DNA from: Candidatus Borrarchaeum weybense
GTDB taxonomy: Archaea; Asgardarchaeota; Sifarchaeia; Borrarchaeales; Borrarchaeaceae
Reading direction: 5' to 3'
Length of the DNA stretch: 64,000 bases
Assembly (NCBI GenBank): GCA_019057385.1
Contig: JAHQJS010000008.1
Span: 1-64,000, forward strand
The notes beneath the pieces are model-generated. The model saw nothing but the letters and a program-made list of their open reading frames with translations. It ran no database searches and was not told where the DNA came from. The position numbers and the translations under genes are program-made. Shown one piece after another: positions 30,542 through 40,782 of the stretch (positions are counted from its first letter, which is position 1; each line of letters opens with the position of its first letter).

Positions 30542-30973
30542 CTACTGCACTATTTTTCCATTTTTTGTACGAGGTGCAAGCCAATCAATTAATTTCTCAG
30601 GGTTATTCGTACTGATATCCATTTCTATTGGACCTAGTGGTGATTCAGTCGTAAATTCACCAACAAAAGAAGTGTTTCCAACAAAGGCGGCCTGTTTGTT
30701 CAAATAGAAATATATTCGATTGCCACGAATTCCTCTTCTGAGAGTTCTCCTTGCAGCATCTAGAATCCTCTTTTCTCGAAAAATCGTATGTAATTTTTGC
30801 AACGTATTCTGTCCTTCGCCCCTCACAATAATTTCTGAATGATCATCAATTTCTTCAATATGAACATTTTCATCTTCTACATTTACTATGTTTAAGAGTG
30901 CCGTCTTTACTTTTTCAATACTTTCTGTGGGAAAAAGTGGGGTTCGAGCAGTTACTTTGACTTCTATGCTCAT
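30542..30973 (-). CDS. UPF0201/DUF54 RNA-binding protein
   Basis: PTES.EKV..A, ILDAAR, LNKQAA, SPLGPI, WLAPRT..G. Confidence 0.88.
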   Translation of the reverse strand: MSIEVKVTARTPLFPTESIEKVKTALLNIVNVEDENVHIEEIDDHSEIIVRGEGQNTLQKLHTIFREKRILDAARRTLRRGIRGNRIYFYLNKQAAFVGNTSFVGEFTTESPLGPIEMDISTNNPEKLIDWLAPRTKNGKIVQ

Positions 30974-30974
30974 T

Positions 30975-31520
30975 TTACAAAACGCTCTCTAAAAGTTGGT
31001 CAATTTTTCCAAATAAATCTTCTTTACTTCCCTCATTCACAAGTATATGATCAGCTAATGCAATTACTGAGCCAATACCCACTTTTAGCTCTGTTAGGTC
31101 TCTTTTATCGAACATTTCTCTGTTTTGTGGATCGTCTGATCTACCTCTTTGTTTCAACCTATTAAAGCGTGTAGGAGGTGATGCATGAACTGCAATTAGT
31201 AGGAAGTTTAGATGTTTTCTAAAGGTAGATAATTCCTCAAGCCCTCTCAGTCCCTCTATAATGGCCCATTCATATTTTACCTCGTTTTCTTTCAGTTTTT
31301 CTATGCATCTTTTTGCTACAATGTCATTACCTTCTCTTTTACGAAGATCTAACATAATTTTCCTCAAGTTGGTCGAATTTGGCTCTAGTCCTTCCCTCAT
31401 CGCTTCCTCTCGAATGACATCTCCCATTACAATATAAAAAGAATTTAATTTTTCTTTAAGGATTTGTGATATAACGCTCTTTCCACTGCCAGGCATTCCA
31501 ACAGTTCCTATAACTTTCAT
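30975..31520 (-). CDS. UPF0200 P-loop nucleotide kinase (dephospho-CoA kinase-like)
   Basis: GMPGSGKS, MGDVIR, EGLR, RGRSDD. Confidence 0.88.
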   Translation of the reverse strand: MKVIGTVGMPGSGKSVISQILKEKLNSFYIVMGDVIREEAMREGLEPNSTNLRKIMLDLRKREGNDIVAKRCIEKLKENEVKYEWAIIEGLRGLEELSTFRKHLNFLLIAVHASPPTRFNRLKQRGRSDDPQNREMFDKRDLTELKVGIGSVIALADHILVNEGSKEDLFGKIDQLLESVL

Positions 31521-31569
31521 TTTTCTCTTCCCTAGAAAATACTATGAAATAGGCTCTGATTGCATTCCT

Positions 31570-31695
31570 GTGAACTACCACCCAACAAGTTAGGTGGCTT
31601 CTGCCCTCACGGATTGTTGAGCTTTCTCTACGAGAGATAGCAAGAACCCGCTCATTGGCAGTCCGGGGTGATCCACGGCACCCCCCGTTCCTTCA
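31570..31695 (-). ncRNA. reRNA/omegaRNA overlapping the tnpB 3' end
   Basis: Nested stems CTGCC/GGCAG, TGAGC/GCTCA, TCTCT/AGAGA and end hairpin CCACCTA/TGGGTGG; predicted guide AGGAATGCAATCAGAG. Confidence 0.7.
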
Positions 31696-33059
31696 AGGAA
31701 CACTTTGGTTTTCGCCTTACGGCCATTACTGTTCTTCTTCGTCTCAGTAAGGCACTTCAGACCGTCTATCAGGATGTTAAACGCCGCATTTATGTCTCTA
31801 TCGGCAGAAAATCCGCAGTTAAGACAGGTAAACGACCTGTCTTTGACCTCTACCTTTCGCGAACCGCACATGGAACATCGGTGGGTGGTCCACCACTCGT
31901 TCATGACGAAGGCCACTCCGTCTCGTACCAGCACCGCTATAGCTATACGGTCGGCGCAGTCCTTGAACGCCCAGTGATTTACCCGTTTCCTGTTCCTCCT
32001 GTGCCCCGAACCCCTGTAATGGCAGTTACGCACTTTGTCGGGGCAACCTATAAACACCAACGAACCTGTAAGGTGATCGGCTATAACTATCGCCAGTTTT
32101 CTCCTGAAATCTTTTGCATAATTTACCCGTTTCCTGTAGAGTTTTTTCAAAACCGCGTATTTCCCTATCCGCTTCAACTTAGCGATCCTATTGTTGAGTT
32201 GGCACATCCTGATGAAGAACTCTTTGTAGTCCTCTTTCTTAAAGAAGAGGTCACGTGCTTCGCCTGCAAGCTCATATTTTACAGCAGTCGCCAGCCGCTT
32301 CAAGCCGAGATCAATGCCTGTAACGGACTTCAGCACAGGGCAAACTTCTTTTTCTATGACGACATGCACTTCGTAGCGTTTTAACCTGTAGTTTTTGACC
32401 ACCTGAAAAGACTTAACACGCCATTCTTTATCATGGAAGTGCTTTTCGGCATGCGGATACACATACAACGGTAAATGTAACTTCTTACCTTTTTTAAGCG
32501 TGGAAATCCTAGCCCAGAGAGGAAACACCTTTGATGTGCGGGAAAGGGCGATGTCGCCTACACGGTAGTCGAACATGACGGGCACCTTCCCCCTAATAGT
32601 CGGTGATGACGGTTCCCTCTTATTCCAGCGGTATAGTTTGTGCAGTAACTTCCGCAACCTTTTCTTATCTTTAACAGTGCTCTTCTTGGTAAGGCGTTTT
32701 TTACAGGTGGTTATTGACCTTTCCAGACGGTTGACGTCTCGCTGCCAGTCATGGTGCAGTTTTTGATATGACTTATACATCCAGAGGGCTTTATCACGAC
32801 AGGCTTGTGCGAAGCCTGAAGACAGCCCCGTAACCGCTTGTACGTCCTTGCGGTATTTTTCCACTTCTTTGGTAGCAGTTATGTTTTCAGAGATGATATT
32901 TTCAAGAAAAAGTTGCACCCCGTAAGTGATCCGTGAGGTAAGGTTGTCGAGGAACTTCATTTTTGTTATTGTGATCTTGTCGTCAACGGGAAGCACTAGC
33001 GTCTTGCACATTAGAAGTGGTTTGGCAAGTTGAAGTTCCATCTTTTCCCTCCATGACAC
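31590..33059 (-). CDS. tnpB: TnpB RNA-guided endonuclease with rearranged RuvC-II glutamate
   Basis: GIDLG; FIGCP where E is usual; NEWWTT..CSMCG; CLNCG..ADRDINAAFNI. Confidence 0.92.
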   Translation of the reverse strand: MSWREKMELQLAKPLLMCKTLVLPVDDKITITKMKFLDNLTSRITYGVQLFLENIISENITATKEVEKYRKDVQAVTGLSSGFAQACRDKALWMYKSYQKLHHDWQRDVNRLERSITTCKKRLTKKSTVKDKKRLRKLLHKLYRWNKREPSSPTIRGKVPVMFDYRVGDIALSRTSKVFPLWARISTLKKGKKLHLPLYVYPHAEKHFHDKEWRVKSFQVVKNYRLKRYEVHVVIEKEVCPVLKSVTGIDLGLKRLATAVKYELAGEARDLFFKKEDYKEFFIRMCQLNNRIAKLKRIGKYAVLKKLYRKRVNYAKDFRRKLAIVIADHLTGSLVFIGCPDKVRNCHYRGSGHRRNRKRVNHWAFKDCADRIAIAVLVRDGVAFVMNEWWTTHRCSMCGSRKVEVKDRSFTCLNCGFSADRDINAAFNILIDGLKCLTETKKNSNGRKAKTKVFLEGTGGAVDHPGLPMSGFLLSLVEKAQQSVRAEAT

Positions 33060-33263
33060 TCTAAGGAATTATGGGAAGGTAAACTTAAAAATGTTTCGTT
33101 ACAAAGATCATGATACGAAAAAACTATCAAAACAGCTACGCAATTCATCCCCCATCAAGTTGAGGGGTCTTCTTGCGAAGTAACTATAAAAAACTTCCAA
33201 TTTCTTTATTCAAAGAATTAAATAAAAAGTAGGTTTAATCACAAGCGTTTGCATTTCTTGAGT

Positions 33264-34406
33264 TCAAGAAAATATTCTTCTAAGTGTTTCATGCGTGCTT
33301 TCTTTTTTAATAAGAGCAAGAGTCTCATAGATTTGTTTACTCGTTATTCGATCTTCAGATTTAACCAGTGCTTGGTGCAAAGCGCTTTTTAGTAGTTTCT
33401 CTTTTAGCGCTCTACCACTAAAGCCTTCTGTGTCAACAGCCAACTTCCGAATATTCACTTCAATTTGTAATGGCAGTTTGTCAATGTACATTTCGAGAAT
33501 TTTAATTCTATCTTCTAAAGTTGGTAGTAGAAATTCAATCTCATCTTCAAATCGACTTCTTATTGCACGATCGAGGAGTTTGGGTGCATTAGTTGATCCA
33601 ATAGTCACAACACCCTTATTTTCAGTTATTCCGTCCATTTGCTGCAATAGAGCCGTAACTACTTCTGAAACATCCCCTCGAATGTTTTGATAACTTCTAT
33701 CAAGTCCTATTGCATCTAATTCATCTAAAAATATAATACATGGAGCTTGTGCCTTTGCTTCTTTGAACAGGTTCGAAATCCTTCGACTAGCATCTCCAAC
33801 ATGAATTCCAATCAGTTCAGTGGATGATATTGCGAAAATTTCGGAATTCGTTTCCGACGCCAGTGCCCTCGCAGTCATAGTTTTCCCAGTTCCTGGAGCC
33901 CCATAAAATAAAACACTTCGGGGTCTCCATTCTGAAAAGCGTTCTGGATCTTTAAGATAATTTTTGATTATTTTACATTTTTCTTTTGCTTGTTGATGAC
34001 CAATAATCTCATCAAAAGCAACTTTTGGTATTTCCTGATGCATATATGATGTTTTCTTTGACTTAGAGTCTAATATTATCTTAGTCTGAGTGCCAATTAC
34101 TCCACCTTTTTTTGGTTCGCAGTTTTTTACTTCGAATGCGTAATCTGGAACCATAAATTGGTCGAATAGAAAGTCTCCTTCGTTCACCTGAAATCCTGCC
34201 CACTGTTCTCTTGCGTATGCTTCAAAAAGCCTAGGATTGTCTGTATCAACTTCAATATCTTTTTCCTCTTGAAATCGCAGGGGGTAGCCTGCAGGTTGAA
34301 TATGTATTATATTAAGTGGTATCTTTAGTTTTCCTTTTGTTGTTTTTTTATCAATTAGATCATCTGAAGGCGCCGATGAAACATGCCAAAGTTTTGTTTT
34401 TTTCAT
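33264..34406 (-). CDS. Archaeal single-domain AAA+ ATPase (COG1223-like)
   Basis: P.GYP and F..YAREQW N-domain, GAPGTGKT, IIFLDE, LDRAIRSRF. Confidence 0.88.
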   Translation of the reverse strand: MKKTKLWHVSSAPSDDLIDKKTTKGKLKIPLNIIHIQPAGYPLRFQEEKDIEVDTDNPRLFEAYAREQWAGFQVNEGDFLFDQFMVPDYAFEVKNCEPKKGGVIGTQTKIILDSKSKKTSYMHQEIPKVAFDEIIGHQQAKEKCKIIKNYLKDPERFSEWRPRSVLFYGAPGTGKTMTARALASETNSEIFAISSTELIGIHVGDASRRISNLFKEAKAQAPCIIFLDELDAIGLDRSYQNIRGDVSEVVTALLQQMDGITENKGVVTIGSTNAPKLLDRAIRSRFEDEIEFLLPTLEDRIKILEMYIDKLPLQIEVNIRKLAVDTEGFSGRALKEKLLKSALHQALVKSEDRITSKQIYETLALIKKESTHETLRRIFS

Positions 34407-34645
34407 ATATTCAAAACCCTCTTCTTATGATCCATGTATTCAATTCTGTGCACAATTGTCAGATATTTTATCAACAATAAAAACTTCATACACCAACTTG
34501 TTTTTCAATCTATTGTTATTTTAAAAATCACAAGAACAAATCTAATACAGTTCTCTATAAAGATTAAAACAATTATTAACTAATTTGAATCCGTATTACA
34601 AAAATAATTACTTTTATTCTGGCAAAAAGTATTGTAAGAAAGGTT

Positions 34646-35224
34646 GTGGGGAAAATATCTGAACAAATACGCGCGTTTCTAGCAATAGATATAGATGAAC
34701 ATTTATTTGATAAAATCAGAGAAATACAAGATTCTCTCATTCAAATTAAGGATGATTTAAGATTAGTACCTCTTGAAAACATCCATATTACTCTCGAATT
34801 CCTTGGAAATCTCCCCCCATCGATGGTTGATGAAATTTCTCGAATAATGCAAGTAATTTCGCTAGAACCTTTTAACCTTGAGTTTAAGGGTGTAGGGATT
34901 TTTAATCCAAAATTCATAAGAGTAGTATGGATTGGTACTGGGGACGGGAGCAAAAATGCGATCTCTCTTGCTGAGGATTTAAAAAAGAGACTGAAAACTC
35001 TTGGCGTAAGAATTACCAAAAAAAGATTTACGCCACACGCGACAATTGCAAGGGTTAAGAGCAAAAGGAACACTCGCGAACTTGCTAGGTCAATTCAGGA
35101 ACTCTCGGAGATAAAAATTGGAACAATGATGGTTACTTCATTTAAACTAAAAAAAAGTGAATTGAGACCAAGAGGTCCTATTTATACAGATCTAAAAATA
35201 CGTCAACTGGAGCCTCTTCAGTAG
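34646..35224 (+). CDS. thpR: RNA 2',3'-cyclic phosphodiesterase (2H family)
   Basis: RAFLAI, HITL and HATI motifs, GPIY. Confidence 0.93.
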   Translation: MGKISEQIRAFLAIDIDEHLFDKIREIQDSLIQIKDDLRLVPLENIHITLEFLGNLPPSMVDEISRIMQVISLEPFNLEFKGVGIFNPKFIRVVWIGTGDGSKNAISLAEDLKKRLKTLGVRITKKRFTPHATIARVKSKRNTRELARSIQELSEIKIGTMMVTSFKLKKSELRPRGPIYTDLKIRQLEPLQ

Positions 35225-35254
35225 ATATTAAGAGATTGTATCAGGTATTGAAAA

Positions 35255-36673
35255 ATGAGCATTCAAAGTGTATTAAAAAATGCTATAAAAAGACTGAAAC
35301 CGACAAAGAAAGAAAGCCAAGATGTTCAGCATCAAGTTAAAACTATAATTGACGAGTTAACTATTGGGCTCAAAAACTTCTATCCAGATATCGAAGTTCA
35401 TGTAGAAGGATCAATCGCTAAGAACACTTGGATTTCCAATAGTAAGGAAGTCGATATTTTTATTCTTCTTCCTTCAGAGGCAACGCGAGAACATCTTCAA
35501 GATGTGCTGAGCACCGTAAAAAATGTAATTAAGGCTCAGTGGATTGAAAGGTACGCAGAACATCCCTTCCTTGAGTTTTCCATAAACGACTATAAAGTAG
35601 AGATAGTTCCTTGTTTTAAAGTGCTCGATTCAAAGCATTTGAAATCAGCGGTTGATAGAACACCTCTCCATACACGATATGTTAACAAAAAAATGACCCA
35701 ACAATTAAGAGATGATGTCCGCTTATTGAAGGGTTTTACCAAAGGAATTGGCGTTTATGGTGCTGAATTGAAGATTGGAGGTTTTTCAGGATACCTTTGT
35801 GAACTTCTAATCATTGCATATTCTGGTTTTTTAAGACTCTTACAAGAAGCAACTTCATGGACAACTGGAACTGTGATTGATATTCAAAATCACTACAAAA
35901 ACTTTAATGAATTACGAAAATTATTTGATTCGCCTCTTATTGTCGTGGATCCTATTGATATTTCACGAAATGTTGCATCCGCATTAAATCTCAAAAATTT
36001 CTCGATTTTTGTAGCTGCTGCTGGCGAGTTCTTAAGGAGACCTCATCTCCACTTCTTTTTCCCTCCATCTACACCAAAACTCTCTGTCAAAGAAATAATT
36101 TCACGAATGAATTCACGTGGAACTCATTTTCTTTTTCTAGTGATTCCTGCGCCATCTGTTGTTTCAGATATTCTGTGGGGACAACTCTATAAATCTGTTT
36201 CAGCACTTCATACTTTTTTTGAACATCATGATTTTCCAATATTCCGCAAAGATGTTTGGACTGACGAACAAACTCTCGTGATTTTTATATTTGAGTTAGA
36301 ACACAAAACTATCCCTTATGTTGTGAAAAGAATTGGACCTCCAATAACATCACCTCAACATGCAACCAAATTCATTAAAAAGTATATTAAAAGCAAAGAT
36401 ACTTTATCCGGTCCGTGGATAAATGAAGATGGAAGATGGATCGTTGAAATAAAAAGAGATTTTACAAAAGCAGAAGAATTACTTGCCAGAAAAATCCTTG
36501 ACAAATATTTAGAGGAAATTGGTCTTGGAAAATATATTAAAATGGAACTTCCATCGGCAAAAGTCTACTTGGATTCTGAGATCGCATCTCTTTTGAAGGA
36601 AACTCCCGATTTTCTAGATTTTTTCACTAATTATCTTGTTAAAACACCTAAGTGGCTAACAAAGAACTCCTAG
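35255..36673 (+). CDS. cca: Class I CCA-adding enzyme
   Basis: GSIAKNT, EVDIF, YAEHP, SAVDRTPLHT, GGFSGYLCELL. Confidence 0.95.
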   Translation: MSIQSVLKNAIKRLKPTKKESQDVQHQVKTIIDELTIGLKNFYPDIEVHVEGSIAKNTWISNSKEVDIFILLPSEATREHLQDVLSTVKNVIKAQWIERYAEHPFLEFSINDYKVEIVPCFKVLDSKHLKSAVDRTPLHTRYVNKKMTQQLRDDVRLLKGFTKGIGVYGAELKIGGFSGYLCELLIIAYSGFLRLLQEATSWTTGTVIDIQNHYKNFNELRKLFDSPLIVVDPIDISRNVASALNLKNFSIFVAAAGEFLRRPHLHFFFPPSTPKLSVKEIISRMNSRGTHFLFLVIPAPSVVSDILWGQLYKSVSALHTFFEHHDFPIFRKDVWTDEQTLVIFIFELEHKTIPYVVKRIGPPITSPQHATKFIKKYIKSKDTLSGPWINEDGRWIVEIKRDFTKAEELLARKILDKYLEEIGLGKYIKMELPSAKVYLDSEIASLLKETPDFLDFFTNYLVKTPKWLTKNS

Positions 36674-36989
36674 TTACACAAACTATTTTTGAACTACTCT
36701 TTCCTATCGAAATGAACTTTTTGCCGAACAAGTTAAATACTGTGTTTGAGAATAGGTAACTGCATATTCTTCGATTAAGAAGAGAATTTGTCATAAATAT
36801 GATTATTTAATTCAAAATCAAATGAAAGCAACACAATCAAATTCATTTAGCGTTAGCAATACTTCGACAAAACATCAAAAAACATGAAGTAAGTATATTA
36901 CGTTCTTAAAGAAAATAAATCATATGTAATCGTGTGAATACCAAATCAAGTTATTATTTACAAAATCTCTTTAGGATGTAGGATGGGAT

Positions 36990-38198
36990 GTGTTCGCATT
37001 GGAAGAAGAAGATCTTGTTGAAAAGATATTATTAGGTGCGTCTGTTTTTAGGGACGAGCGTTCTTTATTTCCAGAATTTCTACCTCAAAAACTTCCTAGA
37101 CGTGAAGAAGAAATTTCTCGCCTAGCTACAGATTTTCGTCCACTTATTCAAAAAAAGGGATCTTTTGCTATTAATATAGCAATTACTGGAACTGCTGGGG
37201 TTGGAAAAACGGCAGTAGCGAGATATTGCGGAACACATATCGAAAACGCTGCAAAGAAAAAGAATATAGCGATTAAATTCATTTTATATAATGCACATAC
37301 TTTTCGGACAAAAACTTCGATTTTAAGAAATCTTTTGACAGACCATTTCAATGTTACAGCTAGAGGTTTTTCTGATGAGGAAATTCTGGGCATGTTAGTT
37401 AAACGACTTGAAAAGGACGACATGCGTTTAATAATTGCTCTTGATGAAGCTAATCTTCTAGGTAGTGAGGAAATTCTGTCAATAATTCATGCTAGTGAAG
37501 TTTTTGGGATAGAACGTAGCCGAATCTCCACAATAATAATCTGCAGACGGACAGAATGGCGGGCTATACTTAATGCCCCTCTTTCTGGACATATTCACGA
37601 TCAAATTAATGTACCTGGTTATACAAAAGATGAGTTATTCGATATCTTGAGTTATCGTGCACAGTTAGCATTTAATTCCGGAGTTATTTCTGAGGATATC
37701 ATCGATATGGTTGCAGAAATTGCTAGCCAAACACAGAACGCAAGACATGGTATTGAGATTCTATTAAGGTCCGGAAAAATGGCTGATTACGAACATTTTA
37801 ATGAGATAAACGCAGAACTTGTTCGAAAGGCGAAAGTTGGAGTGTATCCTGAACTACGCCCTGATGTTCTTGACGATTTAAATGATCACGAACTTTTGGC
37901 AGCACTTGGTTTAGCAAGGCGCCTTAAACACCACGGAATAACTGCTACTACTATTAATGAAGCTTACAAATACTACCAGATCGCATGCGAAGAACGCGAG
38001 GGAATAAAAGCGCAAAGCTTGTCAGCCTTCAGAAAATATGTACATCGTCTTGATTCAGTAGGTATAATTGGAAAGGCAGTAGGACCACTTGGTAGAGGAA
38101 GACGTGGTCGAAGAGCGCGCATTACGTTATACGATCTTCCAGCAACAGTTTTAGAAGAGCGTGTGTTAAAGATATTCGAGTTGCATAACAAAAAATGA
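36990..38198 (+). CDS. cdc6: Orc1/Cdc6 replication initiator family
   Basis: LPRRE, GTAGVGKT, IALDEA, C-terminal winged helix with GRRGR wing. Confidence 0.92.
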   Translation: MFALEEEDLVEKILLGASVFRDERSLFPEFLPQKLPRREEEISRLATDFRPLIQKKGSFAINIAITGTAGVGKTAVARYCGTHIENAAKKKNIAIKFILYNAHTFRTKTSILRNLLTDHFNVTARGFSDEEILGMLVKRLEKDDMRLIIALDEANLLGSEEILSIIHASEVFGIERSRISTIIICRRTEWRAILNAPLSGHIHDQINVPGYTKDELFDILSYRAQLAFNSGVISEDIIDMVAEIASQTQNARHGIEILLRSGKMADYEHFNEINAELVRKAKVGVYPELRPDVLDDLNDHELLAALGLARRLKHHGITATTINEAYKYYQIACEEREGIKAQSLSAFRKYVHRLDSVGIIGKAVGPLGRGRRGRRARITLYDLPATVLEERVLKIFELHNKK

Positions 38199-38344
38199 AC
38201 AGAGAGCAAGTCCTTCCGTATCGCAAAGAGTAATTTATATATCAAGATATACAAAACCATCGCTAGTTAAATCAAACTAGATAGCCAATAATGCAATAAC
38301 TTGAAAGTTTTCCTCAGAAACAGTAATCATTATATCATATTAGA

Positions 38345-39076
38345 ATGGAGCAAAAATCTATGAAACAACTACAGACTGGGATATCCGGCCTAGATGAAAT
38401 ACTTGACGGTGGAATCCCTGAAAAAAAAGTAATTATGCTTACTGGTTATGCTGGTACTGGCAAGACAATTTTTAGTACACAGTTTTTAATTGGCGGTATA
38501 AAAAACCAAGAAACTGCCGTATATGTTACTTTCGAGGAAACTGCCCAAGAGATAATTGATAATACAATGAAATTTGGATGGAATTTGGAATCATTAATTG
38601 AGGAAAAGAAACTTGTTTTTGTAGAGGTGTTTGCCAGCGAAGAATCGGTAAGGATAGTCCGAGAAGTTGACGACCTGACACCTCTTATTGAGCGCATTAA
38701 ACTTGCAATAAAAAGAAACAAAGCAAAGCGAGTTGTTTTAGATTCCATTACGGCACTTTTAATGGCTTTGAAAAGTAAAGATGTTGTACGCCGAGAATTA
38801 CATCGTTTATGTGCAATTTTGAAGAATATGGGCTGCACAATTTTGATGATTTCTGAAGTGCCTGAAGTATCGTTTGAACATGCTTCTACTGTGCTAAGTC
38901 GATATGGCGTTGAAGAATTCGTGGCAGATGGGCTCATTACCTTGTACTTTAGGCCTGAAGGAATGACACGTGAACGATATATTGAGATTCGTAAACTCCG
39001 CGGCGTTCATCATAAAATTGGCGTGTATCCCTTTGAAATTACTGATCATGGTATAGAAATAAAACCACGTGCATAG
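38345..39076 (+). CDS. Single-domain KaiC-like (RecA-superfamily) ATPase
   Basis: TGISGLD, GYAGTGKT, TFEE, RVVLDS, ADG.I, IRKLRG. Confidence 0.92.
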   Translation: MEQKSMKQLQTGISGLDEILDGGIPEKKVIMLTGYAGTGKTIFSTQFLIGGIKNQETAVYVTFEETAQEIIDNTMKFGWNLESLIEEKKLVFVEVFASEESVRIVREVDDLTPLIERIKLAIKRNKAKRVVLDSITALLMALKSKDVVRRELHRLCAILKNMGCTILMISEVPEVSFEHASTVLSRYGVEEFVADGLITLYFRPEGMTRERYIEIRKLRGVHHKIGVYPFEITDHGIEIKPRA

Positions 39077-39087
39077 GGGGGAAAAAC

Positions 39088-39771
39088 CTGTCACAATCAA
39101 GGGATGATGTAGACCGAATGACATCTGGAATTGAAGGCTTAGATGATTTACTTAAAGGAGGTTTCCCTAGAGGAAGTTTTATCAGCGTTTGGGGCTTTGA
39201 TGGATATGCAGAGTCAATTTTCTCCAAACAATTCTGCTTCAAAGGACTTGAAAACAATGAAAAAGTTTTGTACGTAGCTACAACTGAGACAGAATATGTA
39301 TTTCGAAAACAAATGGAAGTATATGGTTGGGGTACATCTAGTATGTCCACTTCTCTCAACTTTCTTGAAATTCCTGAAACTGTTTTAACTGACCTTAATG
39401 CAGCCAGTAGACTAATTTATGATAAATTTGAACGTTTACAAGGAGTTGATAGATGTTGCATAGTTATGACACCACTTGTTCATCTTAGTCCACCAGCCCA
39501 CACGTTAGGAGCGACAAAAATTTGGCGTGATCGCTTCTGGAGATCACGTTCTGTTGGTATCGCAGTATATACAAGGGGCGGTATTCCTACACCACTAGAA
39601 GTGTCGATTCGGGCGAGTTTTGATGGTGTTATAGACTTCTTACCCTCCGAAAAAGAAGAATATGATGGATATTTGCGTATTTCTAAACTACATCGAACAA
39701 AAACCCCTCCGGAATATATTCCGTTTATTCTTGAACCAAAAATTGGTATCGTCTTAAAGAAAAATGATTGA
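39088..39771 (+). CDS. KaiC-like protein with degenerate Walker A (probably inactive)
   Basis: SGIEGLD..L.GG, FDGVI and ISKL kept but P-loop reads GFDGYAES; start CTG 39088 (proposed) or ATG 39118. Confidence 0.8.
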   Translation: MSQSRDDVDRMTSGIEGLDDLLKGGFPRGSFISVWGFDGYAESIFSKQFCFKGLENNEKVLYVATTETEYVFRKQMEVYGWGTSSMSTSLNFLEIPETVLTDLNAASRLIYDKFERLQGVDRCCIVMTPLVHLSPPAHTLGATKIWRDRFWRSRSVGIAVYTRGGIPTPLEVSIRASFDGVIDFLPSEKEEYDGYLRISKLHRTKTPPEYIPFILEPKIGIVLKKND

Positions 39772-39967
39772 TTTTTTGAATGCCTCTTGAAAGGTTGAGT
39801 ATAACTGGGTTTTTTAGACGTCTTTTTGACGATTTTTAACGTATCTTAAGAAAGCTAAATTATTGAATAAGTTTAAGTGTGAGAAAATTATATGAGCAAA
39901 ATCACACGAACAGATATCAGATAGCGTATCAAGTGAGACTATTCAAGGCTACAATGGATCTATCTTA

Positions 39968-40753
39968 TTGGAGGACATAAAAAAAATGCCAAAACAATCT
40001 GTCTGGGAATATTTACGAAATAAAACAGAAGAACACTCTGCTATACATCTTACACTCATTGATCCTGATCCTTTAAGTGGAACTACTTCAGAAGTAGCTG
40101 GAGAGATAGCCAAAATTGCTTTTGAAGTTGGAACTGATGGAATTATGGTAGGAGGGTCAACAGCTTTTGGTATTCTAGATGATACTGTAAAAGAAATAAA
40201 ACGATATGTAGATGTACCAGTGATCTTATTCCCTGGAAATATCACGGGTTTGAGTAAATTTGCAGATGCTGTATTTTTTATGAGTTTAATGAATTCTCGA
40301 AATCCTTATTGGATCTCTGGAGCACAAGCAATGAGCGCACCAATTCTAAAAAACTGGGATCTAGAGGCAATATCAATGGCTTATTTACTTATAGAACCCG
40401 GTGCAACGGCTGGATTCGTTGGAGATGCGAATTTACTTCCGAGAGAAAAACCTAAAATTGCAGCAGCATATGCTCTTGCATCACAATACTTAGGATTCAA
40501 ACTTGTTTATCTGGAAGCGGGATCTGGCGCCAATGCAGCGGTTCCTTTAAACATGGTTAAAGCAGTTTCACAAACAATAGATATACCGTTAATTGTAGGT
40601 GGCGGCTTAAATTCAGTAGACGCGGTTGTTAACTGTGTTAAAGCAGGGGCAAATATAGTTGTACAAGGTACATTTGTCGAAAAGACTGTCCCGATTGACA
40701 GTGGAAAATCTCTTTCCGAAATAATCCAGGCACTTAAGAAGATACAAAGGTAG
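39968..40753 (+). CDS. Geranylgeranylglyceryl phosphate synthase
   Basis: HLTLIDPD, MVGGS, PVILFPG, YLEAGSGA, IVGGG. Confidence 0.95.
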   Translation: MEDIKKMPKQSVWEYLRNKTEEHSAIHLTLIDPDPLSGTTSEVAGEIAKIAFEVGTDGIMVGGSTAFGILDDTVKEIKRYVDVPVILFPGNITGLSKFADAVFFMSLMNSRNPYWISGAQAMSAPILKNWDLEAISMAYLLIEPGATAGFVGDANLLPREKPKIAAAYALASQYLGFKLVYLEAGSGANAAVPLNMVKAVSQTIDIPLIVGGGLNSVDAVVNCVKAGANIVVQGTFVEKTVPIDSGKSLSEIIQALKKIQR

Positions 40754-40782
40754 CTGAATCTACTTTCTTGAAATAAACAGTT

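Larger units (their letters stand above)
31570..33180 (-). mobile_element. IS200/IS605 (IS1341-like, tnpB-only) element
   Basis: Left-end hairpin 33141-33180, right end GAAGCCACCTAACTTGTTGGGTGGTAGTTCAC ending at 31570; no tnpA; more GC-rich than host. Confidence 0.9.

Noticed and set aside
31668-32384. 238-aa antisense ORF and other antisense ORFs within well-supported genes
   Set aside because: Shadow frames without motifs or RBS
36674-36989. Replication origin beside cdc6
   Set aside because: AT-rich, but only one weak mini-ORB-like TTCCTATCGAAAT and no repeated ORB or G-string; not supportable
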